Assembly: GCA_036170655.1 (NCBI GenBank)
Contig: JAVHPP010000178.1
Location: forward strand, 1 to 25,345
DNA length: 25,345 nucleotides
Origin: Candidatus Zixiibacteriota bacterium
GTDB taxonomy: Bacteria > Zixibacteria > MSB-5A5 > WJJR01
Direction of reading: 5' to 3'
Positions 15,680 to 23,907 of this stretch are shown here, piece by piece. Under the pieces are notes generated by a model. That model was not told the DNA's origin and searched no databases. It saw only the letters and a list, made by a program, of their open reading frames with translations. How positions within the stretch are numbered: the stretch's first letter is position 1; every line of letters starts with the position of its first letter. The position numbers and the translations under genes are program-made.

Positions 15680-15766
15680 AGGCCAAGGCGGGTTGTACAT
15701 CCGTCTCTGTCACAGATGAATACCCCCGCCACGGTCGCACGTATTCCATGGCAGAAGACGACAACA

Positions 15767-18313
15767 TCATGTGCGGAGGGCCTCTTCGTAGAGATCGATG
15801 TACTTTTCCGCCGAACGACGCCAGGAGAAGTCGCTGACCATGCCCCGTCGCTGGATTGTCTGCCAACGGGCGCTGTCTCCATAGGCAACGATGGCGCGGC
15901 GAATGGCTTCGAGCATCGCCTCGGACGTGTAGTCGACAAACGAGAATCCATTGCCGACAGTTGGATGGGCATCGACGTCAATCACGGTATCGGCCAGCCC
16001 GCCGGTAGCGCGCACGACCGGCACAGTACCATAAAGGAGACTGTACATCTGGTTCAGGCCACACGGCTCATAGCGGGAAGGCATGAGGAAGATGTCGGCC
16101 CCGGCTTCGATCTGATGCGCCAGTGTGTCGTCGAACGTCAAGAAAGCGTGAATCCGTCCCGGGTGGCGTTTGGTCAGCTCAGTGAAGAGGTCGTGATAGC
16201 GTTTGTCGCCGGTGCCCAAGAGCACAAAGTTGACGTCCATCGTGATGAGGCGATTCGCGGCCTCTTCGATCAAGTCAAAGCCCTTCTGGTCCGCCAGACG
16301 GGAGATCATGCCAATCAGGGGACGATCCCACCGTTCGCGGGGAATCTCCGCCCGCGCACAAAGGGCATCCTTGTTAGCGTGCTTGCCGGCCAGACGGTCG
16401 CCATCATAGGACTCGGCGATGAACTTGTCGGCCGACGGGTTCCAGATCTGGGTATCAACACCATTCAGAATGCCGGAGAGATCCTGAGAACGTCCGCGCA
16501 GGACACCATCCAGACCGCAACCGAGAGATTCGTCGATCTGTATCTCGCGGGCATAGGTCGGCGATACCGTGTTGATCTTGCGGGCACAGATCAGTCCCGA
16601 TTTGAGGTAATTGATCTTACCCCAGAACTCGAATGGGGAGAGTGGATGGAACAGCTTTCCGTCCAAGCCGAGCACCTTGAATCGCTCGGCGGGAAACAGC
16701 CCCTGATAGGCCAAATTGTGGATCGTCAGAATCGAGCGCACGCCGGTGAAAAATGGGTCACCGGAGAACTCGAGACCCAGATAGGCCGCTGTGGGCGCCG
16801 TCTGCCAGTCATTGAGATGGACGATGTCGGGCCGCACGCCGGCGCTCCGGAACCACTCCAGCATTCCACGGCAGAAGAAGGCGAATCGCTCATCGTTGTC
16901 CGGGAAGTCTTTGCCCGTAGTCGAATCGATATATAGATCGCGGCGGGAAAAGAAGCCCGGATGTTCGACGAACAGGTAACTGACCGACCCGATCGGTTGC
17001 TGCAGAGTTTTCAGAATAACGTGGTGGGTGTTTGGTCCCAATTGCACGGTGACTTCGGGTGCATCGTTGACTGTGATACTGGGAAACTGGCCGTTGAGCA
17101 ACTTGCCCTGATAAGGTGTAACAACAGTGACGGCCGCCCCCAGCTGTGCCAGCGCCTCCGGCAGCGCGCCCGCCACGTCGGCCAAACCGCCCGTCTTGGA
17201 AAAGGGCACGACCTCGGATGACAAGAAAAAGACATTCAGCTTTCGTCCCAAACGGGCGCCGCTGGTCAGGATGACCGGGTGCTCCACCATTTCGGATTCG
17301 GGCGGGGAAGAGCGTTCGGTCGGCACGCCACGCAGGTACTCGGCGGCATCTTCCGGCGCCGTGGGATTGATATAGAATCCCGTGCCCCATTCAAAACCGG
17401 CCACATTGGTCAGTTTCGGCATGACCTCAAGATGCCAGTGATACACACGGTCATGTTCATCGCCCACGGGCGTCGTGTGCAGGACCAGATTGTAGTCAGG
17501 ATCGTTCAGCCCCCATTTCAGCCGCAGGAGCGAGCGGCGCAGGATGGCCGCCAGTTCCATACGTTGAATAGCATTCAAGGTCCGGAAGGATGGCTGATGG
17601 GAACGGGGCAATACCCATGTCTCATAGGGAAAACGTGCGGCAAACGGGGAAATCGTGACAAATCCAGGATTCTCGTCAACCACTCGCTCCCCGGCCTTGA
17701 GCTCCTGGCGGACGATGTCGCAGAAGATGCATCGTTCCTTGTAATCGTGATAACGCTTGGCGCCATCCAGCTCCTGGATGACACGCGTGGGAACGACCGG
17801 CGTGGCGATGAGTTGCATGTGCGAGTGTTCCAGCGACGCTCCGGCGCCTTCGCCGTGATTCTTGAACAACATGATGAAGCGGAAGCGGGGATCACGCTCC
17901 AAGTCGACCATCCGTTCCTGACACACAGAGAGCGCATCCGCAACGCGCTCGACACTCAGATCGGCCAGGGTTTCCCCATGATTGGGCGTCTCGATGACCA
18001 CTTCGTGGGCGCCGACTCCGTGCATCTTGTCGAAGATGCCAACCCCTTCGCGATTAAGTTCCCCCCCGATCGTGAGGGCCGGATACTTGTTGGGTATGGC
18101 GCGTACCTGCCATCCCTTGGTGTTGGGGGCCGTGCCGGGCGCCCGAATTGCATAGATCTCAGGAGGGGTAGCGGCCTCGTTGCCCGGACAAAATGGGCAG
18201 ACTCGTGAGCTCGTGTGGCGAATCGGCGCCGGGAAATCGCTCGGCCGGCGGCCACGTTCAGTGGATATGATGACCCATCGTCCAATAACGGGATCTTTAC
18301 GCAGTTCAGACAT
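15767..18313 (-). CDS. galT-glgA: fusion of GalT-family nucleotidyltransferase (N-terminal ~335 aa) and glycogen synthase GlgA (C-terminal ~490 aa)
   Basis: MSELRKDP...RGRRP...CPFCPGNE...NKYPAL...HEVVIE...GAGASLEHSHMQ...AGFEWGTG (GalT), then a ~25-aa linker, then SEVVPFSKTGGLADV...HLNDWQT...TIHNLAYQG...SRLADQKG...MPSRYEPCGLNQMY...TGGLADTV (GT5). One open frame of 848 aa. Confidence 0.95.
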   Translation of the reverse strand: MSELRKDPVIGRWVIISTERGRRPSDFPAPIRHTSSRVCPFCPGNEAATPPEIYAIRAPGTAPNTKGWQVRAIPNKYPALTIGGELNREGVGIFDKMHGVGAHEVVIETPNHGETLADLSVERVADALSVCQERMVDLERDPRFRFIMLFKNHGEGAGASLEHSHMQLIATPVVPTRVIQELDGAKRYHDYKERCIFCDIVRQELKAGERVVDENPGFVTISPFAARFPYETWVLPRSHQPSFRTLNAIQRMELAAILRRSLLRLKWGLNDPDYNLVLHTTPVGDEHDRVYHWHLEVMPKLTNVAGFEWGTGFYINPTAPEDAAEYLRGVPTERSSPPESEMVEHPVILTSGARLGRKLNVFFLSSEVVPFSKTGGLADVAGALPEALAQLGAAVTVVTPYQGKLLNGQFPSITVNDAPEVTVQLGPNTHHVILKTLQQPIGSVSYLFVEHPGFFSRRDLYIDSTTGKDFPDNDERFAFFCRGMLEWFRSAGVRPDIVHLNDWQTAPTAAYLGLEFSGDPFFTGVRSILTIHNLAYQGLFPAERFKVLGLDGKLFHPLSPFEFWGKINYLKSGLICARKINTVSPTYAREIQIDESLGCGLDGVLRGRSQDLSGILNGVDTQIWNPSADKFIAESYDGDRLAGKHANKDALCARAEIPRERWDRPLIGMISRLADQKGFDLIEEAANRLITMDVNFVLLGTGDKRYHDLFTELTKRHPGRIHAFLTFDDTLAHQIEAGADIFLMPSRYEPCGLNQMYSLLYGTVPVVRATGGLADTVIDVDAHPTVGNGFSFVDYTSEAMLEAIRRAIVAYGDSARWQTIQRRGMVSDFSWRRSAEKYIDLYEEALRT

Positions 18314-18357
18314 GCAATGTGTCCTCTCCCTTGTGGTGGACGACTCGCGCTGACGGC

Positions 18358-19707
18358 TCAGCCGACAGTCGCGGCATCCTTCAAGAACATCGCGCGGACA
18401 GCGGCAGATTGTTCATACACGGCGCGGAGGGCTGCCATCTCGGCCGGTGTCAGACGATCAGGGCGGCCGATTGCCCGCAGGATTTCTTGCCGTCGTGCGA
18501 TCGCCGCCTTTGCCGTTTCCAGCATTTTCTCCAGACGATGCTCCGTATATTCCTTAGCGCCTCCCCACACAAATGGCGGGACCGACTTGGATACGAGACC
18601 TCCGTGCAGGAGGTTAGAGCCGACTCCGACCGATGACCCTGTTGGCAGCAGGATTCCGATCGCTGTTTTAGTATGATCGGCCAGATAGGAGCCAACCTTC
18701 AGGGAGCCGGTCTCGACGGACTCGCCTCTGCGCACAACCCGGACCGGGCCGTAATTGTTCTTCAGATCGCTGTTGGTGGTCAGCGCGCCGAGATTCACCC
18801 ATTCGCCGATGAACCCGTGCCCGAAGAACCCGTCGTGCACTTTGTTGGAGAAACCCTCGACGATCGACGATTCGACTTCTCCCCCGATGCGGCATCCGGG
18901 ACCAAATGCACATCCGCCGGTGATTTTCCCGCCAACCAAGCGGGTGAACGGGCCGATGTAGACAGGTCCATCCAGCCGAGTGAACGGCTCGATTTCGACA
19001 CCGCGATCAAGAATCACGGGGCCACGGCGCGCGTCGACAACCACGTGGGGACCGATTTGGACATCGGGGGCGGCCCAGACATTCTCCCCGGCGAGAATGA
19101 CCGTCGAGGGATGCGTGTGGGTGTGAATCTCTTCCCCCGGTCCAGAAACGGCACGCCAGAGATTACAATCGGACGCCAGCCGTGACGGCAGGCAGTTCAC
19201 GAGATCCCAGAGTCCACGTGCTGCCAACAGCGGCGCACGATCTTTGACCTGCGGCGGATCATCAAACGGGATTCGCCCAGGTGCGCCATCTTTCGCCCAA
19301 GCCGAGAGCGCCCCTTTGCAGCGATCCCATTCCGGACGACCGAAGCGGAGCACCGACGCTTCACCATTGCTCCACGAGAACTTGTCTTGAAATCGGGAAA
19401 GTTCCCACGGCTGATCAGGCGCCGGTCCGCACACCCCTCGAATCAACCAGACATCGTCGGGATCACCTGCAGGAAGCGCATTGACATAATGGTCCGAAGC
19501 AGTACCAAGGCCGTGGGCGCTCTGGCCGGTCAGGTCTGCCAAGAACGGCCGGATCAGAAAGGAAACCGCGACCGGCTGGAGAAGCAGGAGCCAGCGCTCG
19601 GCCACAGTCCAAGCGCCATCGCGCAGGAAGAAAGCGGGACGGATCTGGTCAAGGGGATCGAACATCCCGGGCGAGACACCCTCGGCGAAAATGACCCACC
19701 GTGTCAT
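18358..19707 (-). CDS. putative sugar nucleotidyltransferase, GlmU-like, with left-handed beta-helix
   Basis: N-terminal DPLDQIRPAFFLRDG; C-terminal hexapeptide repeats and SNKVHDGFFGHGFIGEWVNLGALTTNSDLKNNY. Start overlaps the CDF stop (ATGA). Confidence 0.85.
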   Translation of the reverse strand: MTRWVIFAEGVSPGMFDPLDQIRPAFFLRDGAWTVAERWLLLLQPVAVSFLIRPFLADLTGQSAHGLGTASDHYVNALPAGDPDDVWLIRGVCGPAPDQPWELSRFQDKFSWSNGEASVLRFGRPEWDRCKGALSAWAKDGAPGRIPFDDPPQVKDRAPLLAARGLWDLVNCLPSRLASDCNLWRAVSGPGEEIHTHTHPSTVILAGENVWAAPDVQIGPHVVVDARRGPVILDRGVEIEPFTRLDGPVYIGPFTRLVGGKITGGCAFGPGCRIGGEVESSIVEGFSNKVHDGFFGHGFIGEWVNLGALTTNSDLKNNYGPVRVVRRGESVETGSLKVGSYLADHTKTAIGILLPTGSSVGVGSNLLHGGLVSKSVPPFVWGGAKEYTEHRLEKMLETAKAAIARRQEILRAIGRPDRLTPAEMAALRAVYEQSAAVRAMFLKDAATVG

Positions 19708-20648
19708 CGCGGACCCCCCAGCTCGAAAAGGTCGGATTGGGGACGCGCACGCGGTGTCAGCGGATCGGCTCCTTCAGCCGCGCGACGCGGCGTGTGGGGC
19801 TCAACATGAACGACCACATCGACCACGGCAGGGTTGGCGGCGAGCAGACGGTCACCAGCCGTGTTCGCGATCTTATGGGCTTCTTCCACCGTCATCGTAC
19901 CGTCAACCAGAATCTCGGTGTCAACGAGCAGGCGCGCGCCTGCCGTCCGGACTTTCGTGCGATGCAGACCGAGTACACCGGGTGCGGCAGCGAGTGTGGA
20001 CCGGATTTCCGCAATCGTCGGTTCGGGCGGGGCTCCCCCCAGCAGAACGGACGTGTTTGTCCGCAGGATACGCAGGGCATTCAGCAAGATAACACCGGCA
20101 ACCCAGAAAGCCGCCACCGGATCAAGAAACGGCCAGCCCAGTTGCGCTCCCCAGACACCAACCAACACACCGGATGTGGCGACAACATCAGAAATGTGAT
20201 CAGTGGCTGTGGCGTTGACCACAAGACTGCCGGTGACGCGCGCGACGCGGCGCGTGTAAAAGTACAGCACCGTCTTGACGGCAATGACACCCGCACCCAG
20301 CGCCACGGTCCAGACAGCCGGTTTGACCACGTGTCCATGCCAGATGGTCATGATCGCATCACGGACGATCACGCCCCCGGTGGCAAAAATGGCGAGTCCG
20401 ATGAGAAATGCGCCGATTGTTTCGGCGTTCTGGTGTCCGTACTGGTGTGCGGCATCGGGGGGTTTAGAGGCCACCCGGTACCCGATCCATGATACAGCGC
20501 CTGCGACCACATCGAGGATCGAGTTGACCCCATCCGCGATGAATGCCTGTGAGTGTCCCGCGAGACCGGCTCCGAGCTTGATGACAACCAGAACAAGGTT
20601 GGCGATCAGCGCCACACGGAGACACTGTTCACCGCTTGTACGCTGCAT
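19704..20648 (-). CDS. cation diffusion facilitator (CDF) family metal exporter
   Basis: SQAFIADGVNSILD, KPPDAAHQYGH, DHISD, LDP, and the C-terminal domain TVEEAHKIA...VVVHVEP. Confidence 0.93.
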   Translation of the reverse strand: MQRTSGEQCLRVALIANLVLVVIKLGAGLAGHSQAFIADGVNSILDVVAGAVSWIGYRVASKPPDAAHQYGHQNAETIGAFLIGLAIFATGGVIVRDAIMTIWHGHVVKPAVWTVALGAGVIAVKTVLYFYTRRVARVTGSLVVNATATDHISDVVATSGVLVGVWGAQLGWPFLDPVAAFWVAGVILLNALRILRTNTSVLLGGAPPEPTIAEIRSTLAAAPGVLGLHRTKVRTAGARLLVDTEILVDGTMTVEEAHKIANTAGDRLLAANPAVVDVVVHVEPHTPRRAAEGADPLTPRARPQSDLFELGGPR

Positions 20649-20732
20649 GGCAGGCCCGGCTCCCGACCAATGTCAGGTTCATGGTCACGCAGTGGATGCA
20701 CCGAATTCCCATGATACAGCCCATAAGAACGG

Positions 20733-20755
20733 GGCGCGGTGAAACCGCGCCCTCC
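20733..20755 (-). repeat. REP-like hairpin, GGAGGGCG family, copy 3 (may also act as a terminator or stabiliser after the TPR gene)
   Basis: Minus strand ggagggcgcggtttcaccgcgcc; perfect stem gggcgcggt/accgcgccc. Confidence 0.5.
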
Positions 20756-20785
20756 AAAAGTCCGATGATTTGAAATCGCCGGGAA

Positions 20786-21589
20786 TCAGTTGCCCTTCGC
20801 GTCGAGATACTTGGTGATCTCCCGGATCGTCGTATCGGCCTTGGCAACTTGCGCTTTCCATCCCTTCTTCCCTTGCGCCACATTTATGAAGGCCTTGTAG
20901 TCGGGGATACACTTTTCCATATCGGCCTGATGCGAGGTGATCGCGAGGTTGTAGTAAGCCTCCACGTACCCCGGGCTGATCGCGATCGCCTTGCGGTATG
21001 CCGTCACCGCGTCGTCAAACCGCTTCGCCTGAAGATGGATGTTGCCGATGTGGTAGAACGACTTATAGTCCTTTGGGTCAGCAGTCACCGCGTGATTGAA
21101 CGCATCGAGGGCGCTCTTGTCATCCCCCTTTTTCTTGTACGCCTGACCCAGAGTTGACCAGGCCGGGGCATCGTTCGGGGTCACGGCGACACACTGTTTC
21201 AGCGCCGAAATGGCTCCGTCATAGTCTTTTGTCTTGAAGTAGACCAGACCCAGAGGTTTGAGGACAGCGGTGTTTGTGGAATCCAGTGCAATGGCCTTCT
21301 TCAAGTGCCCGGTGGCCTGCACCATGTCTCCCTTCTCATAGTACAAGGCACCGATGTTGATGTGGGCATCCAGAAAATCGGGAGCAATTTTGAGGGCGGC
21401 CTGATAGGCCATGATCGCGGAATCCGGCTTCTTCGCCTGGGTGAATTCGATCCCGCGGTTTAATTCCTTCTTGGCCTCATCAGGCACGGCTGCCATCCCG
21501 CGCGCTGAGAATGCCAGACACGTGACCGCTGCGAGAACAACGGCCAGCGTCGTACGTCCAGTGTGAGTTTTTTGTGTCACGAGCGACAT
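20786..21589 (-). CDS. exported tetratricopeptide-repeat protein
   Basis: AAAGGAGG SD, N-terminal signal peptide, and repeated 34-aa TPR units (AHINIGALY, AWSTLGQAY, SFYHIGNIH, AYYNLA). Confidence 0.92.
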   Translation of the reverse strand: MSLVTQKTHTGRTTLAVVLAAVTCLAFSARGMAAVPDEAKKELNRGIEFTQAKKPDSAIMAYQAALKIAPDFLDAHINIGALYYEKGDMVQATGHLKKAIALDSTNTAVLKPLGLVYFKTKDYDGAISALKQCVAVTPNDAPAWSTLGQAYKKKGDDKSALDAFNHAVTADPKDYKSFYHIGNIHLQAKRFDDAVTAYRKAIAISPGYVEAYYNLAITSHQADMEKCIPDYKAFINVAQGKKGWKAQVAKADTTIREITKYLDAKGN

Positions 21590-21670
21590 GCCTCCTTTGA
21601 CTCTCTGTTATTCGAATCCGAATGATTAAACAACCACCAGACAGAACCGTTCCCTCGTTGTAAGGCCCTG

Positions 21671-22135
21671 TCAGCGCCCATCTTCGCGGCGGGCACGGAC
21701 ACGCTTTGCCAGTTCCGTGTCGGCGACGGCGAGAATCTGCGCGGCCAGGATGGCGGCGTTAACGGCCCCGTGCTCGCCAATTGCCACGGTTGCCACGGGG
21801 ACACCGCGAGGCATCTGGACAGTGGACAGCAGGGCATCAATTCCGGCGAGCGCCGAACCGGACAACGGCACGCCGATCACCGGGTGTGTTGTCAGGGCCG
21901 CAACGGTGCCTGCCAGATGAGCCGCCATGCCCGCCCCGCAAATGAAAACCCCGACACCGTGTGAATCCCCCCAAGCGACCAGTTCACTGACCCGCTGGGG
22001 CGAACGATGCGCCGATGCCACGTCGAGACGGCTGGAGACACCGAGTTCGTCCAGCACCGCGACGGCTTTACTCATCACGTCGCGATCGGACTCAGACCCG
22101 ATCAGGATCAACACTCTGGGATTGATGTCAGCCAT
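21671..22135 (-). CDS. purE: N5-carboxyaminoimidazole ribonucleotide mutase
   Basis: [47 protein letters not shown]. Confidence 0.97.
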   Translation of the reverse strand: MADINPRVLILIGSESDRDVMSKAVAVLDELGVSSRLDVASAHRSPQRVSELVAWGDSHGVGVFICGAGMAAHLAGTVAALTTHPVIGVPLSGSALAGIDALLSTVQMPRGVPVATVAIGEHGAVNAAILAAQILAVADTELAKRVRARREDGR

Positions 22136-22183
22136 TTGTTCCCTGCCGGAGGGATCACCTGTCTCTGTGAGCTGTGCCAGTTC

Positions 22184-23506
22184 TCAGCGCCGCACTCCCC
22201 GTTCCATAACGCTGCGGCGAATCCGATGCATTTCCGCCGGTCGCGACCCGATATCCGTTCGATGGTGGGCACCCTTGAACTGTGTCCGCTCAACACCGGC
22301 ATAGGCCGCAGCGACGGCGCCTTCATGCGAGGACGACCGGGCGCAAATCCCCAGCACACGTCCTCCGGCCGTGACCACACCACCGGACCCCTGAGAAGTC
22401 CCGGCATGGAAACGAAAGAGTCCGCCAGACTCGGTCTGGAGAGGACCCGTCAGGGGCACACCCGTCTCGTAGCGGCCGGGGTAACCTTTCGACGCGAGAC
22501 ACACACAGACGCAAACCTCGTCACGCCATTCCAAGGGCACCAATTCCAGTTGTCCGGCCAGGCTGGCGCCGATGATGTCGATCAGGTCTGTATCCAAGAG
22601 GGGCATGACAACTTGAGTCTCAGGATCACCGAAGCGGCAATTGAATTCTAAGACGCGCGGACCGGATTCCGTAAGCATCAATCCGGCATAGAGAACACCC
22701 ACGTAGGGATGACCTTCGGCCGCCATGCCATCGATCACAGGCTGAAAAATGTCGCGCTGGATCTCGGCCATAAGCGGGTCATCCAAGGGCAATGCGGGAG
22801 CATAGGCGCCCATGCCACCGGTGTTGGTCCCCTGATCGCCGTCGAGCGCCGCCTTGTAGTCACGGGCCGCAAGCATCGGCGCGACAAATCGGCCATCGGT
22901 AAAGGCCATCACACTGCGTTCCTGACCAGCCAGACGACGTTCAATGACGATTCGGTCGCCGGCCTTGCCGAAGGCCTTGTCCACCATGATTTGCTTGACG
23001 GCGGCTTCGGCATCTTCAGTATGCTCGCAGACGATGACGCCTTTCCCAGCGGCCAAGCCATCGGCCTTCACGACCAACGGACCTTCACACTCATGGATGA
23101 AGCGAACCGCGCTCGCCGGATCATCGAAAATAGAAAACGGGGCCGTCGGTATGTGGTGCCGGCGCATGAACTCCTTGGCGAAGGATTTGGAGCCCTCGAG
23201 TTGGGCTGCTGCCGCATTTGGTCCATAGATACGCAGACGTTCAGACGTGAACACATCGACGATTCCGCCAACGAGGGGGCCTTCCGGTCCGACGATGGTC
23301 AGATCGATCCCTTCACGGCGGGCGAAGTCGGCGAGTTGCGCTGTTTCGGACGGTTTGATGCTTACGGCCGAAGCGATCTCGGCGATACCAGCATTGCCCG
23401 GCGCACAAAAGACCTTCTCGACCTGGGGCGACCGCTTCAGCGCCCAACAGATGGCGTGTTCCCGTCCGCCGCCGCCTATGACCAGAGTCTTGAGCATCAC
23501 CATCAC
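22184..23506 (-). CDS. purD: phosphoribosylamine-glycine ligase
   Basis: LVIGGGGREHA, APGNAG, VGPE, LEGSKSFAK, VVKADGLAAGKGV, NTGGMGAY, EFNCRFGDPETQ. The start may be ATG 23503 or 23497. Confidence 0.97.
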   Translation of the reverse strand: MMVMLKTLVIGGGGREHAICWALKRSPQVEKVFCAPGNAGIAEIASAVSIKPSETAQLADFARREGIDLTIVGPEGPLVGGIVDVFTSERLRIYGPNAAAAQLEGSKSFAKEFMRRHHIPTAPFSIFDDPASAVRFIHECEGPLVVKADGLAAGKGVIVCEHTEDAEAAVKQIMVDKAFGKAGDRIVIERRLAGQERSVMAFTDGRFVAPMLAARDYKAALDGDQGTNTGGMGAYAPALPLDDPLMAEIQRDIFQPVIDGMAAEGHPYVGVLYAGLMLTESGPRVLEFNCRFGDPETQVVMPLLDTDLIDIIGASLAGQLELVPLEWRDEVCVCVCLASKGYPGRYETGVPLTGPLQTESGGLFRFHAGTSQGSGGVVTAGGRVLGICARSSSHEGAVAAAYAGVERTQFKGAHHRTDIGSRPAEMHRIRRSVMERGVRR

Positions 23507-23520
23507 TCGCGAAAAGTGTC

Positions 23521-23548
23521 AGTATACATTGTGCGCAGTGCTTCTCAA
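23521..23548 (-). promoter_or_regulatory. sigma70-type promoter of purD
   Basis: TTGAGA-16 nt-TATACT immediately upstream of the start codons. Confidence 0.55.
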
Positions 23549-23556
23549 ACGAAAAG

Positions 23557-23586
23557 ATGGACGAAAATGGACGAAAATGAACAAGA
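23557..23586. repeat. 10-bp direct repeats
   Basis: atggacgaaa atggacgaaa atgaacaaga between the divergent purD and cysteine synthase promoters. Confidence 0.6.
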
Positions 23587-23647
23587 AAGACGCACCTCGG
23601 CCTCTTAGGCACAGTGAAATGGCGGACAATCTGTTCGACTTTTTTGG

Positions 23648-23676
23648 TTGACAGAGTCTGCGACGGCGTCTAACAT
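23648..23676 (+). promoter_or_regulatory. sigma70-type promoter upstream of the cysteine synthase/CBS gene
   Basis: TTGACA-17 nt-TAACAT, implying a leader of about 220 nt. Confidence 0.7.
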
Positions 23677-23829
23677 GAATCTGGCCGGAAGGTCAGTTTG
23701 GTATGACCACTCATGGATGTTCACGGCAACATTCACGAGATTTTCCCGACCTGTTGACCGATTCTGTCCGAAGCGGGACCAAGGCCCGGAGAATAAACGG
23801 ACGGATCACGATAAACCAGTCCAAAGCTC

Positions 23830-23887
23830 AACAACCGTCGTGCTTTACGCCCGGGAGGGTCGTGCGGAAAGCGCGGCGGTTGTTTTT
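23830..23887 (+). terminator. terminator/attenuator-like hairpin in the 5' leader
   Basis: aacaaccgtcgtgcttt (23830-23846) pairs with aaagcgcggcggttgtt (23868-23884) using G-U pairs valid on the + strand and runs into a T tract, about 20 nt before the start codon. Confidence 0.6.
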
Positions 23888-23907
23888 GGAAAGCCACAAG
23901 GATGGAT

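Noticed and set aside
15584..16936. 450-aa plus-strand ORF (and similar long antisense ORFs such as 17279-18208, 22709-23608 and 19701-20492)
   Set aside because: These are shadows of well-supported minus-strand genes in GC-rich DNA and show no recognisable motifs.
21671..22135. purE without adjacent purK as a sign of class II PurE
   Set aside because: The sequence looks like ordinary class I PurE, and purK may lie elsewhere or be dispensable at high CO2; this cannot be decided from the window.
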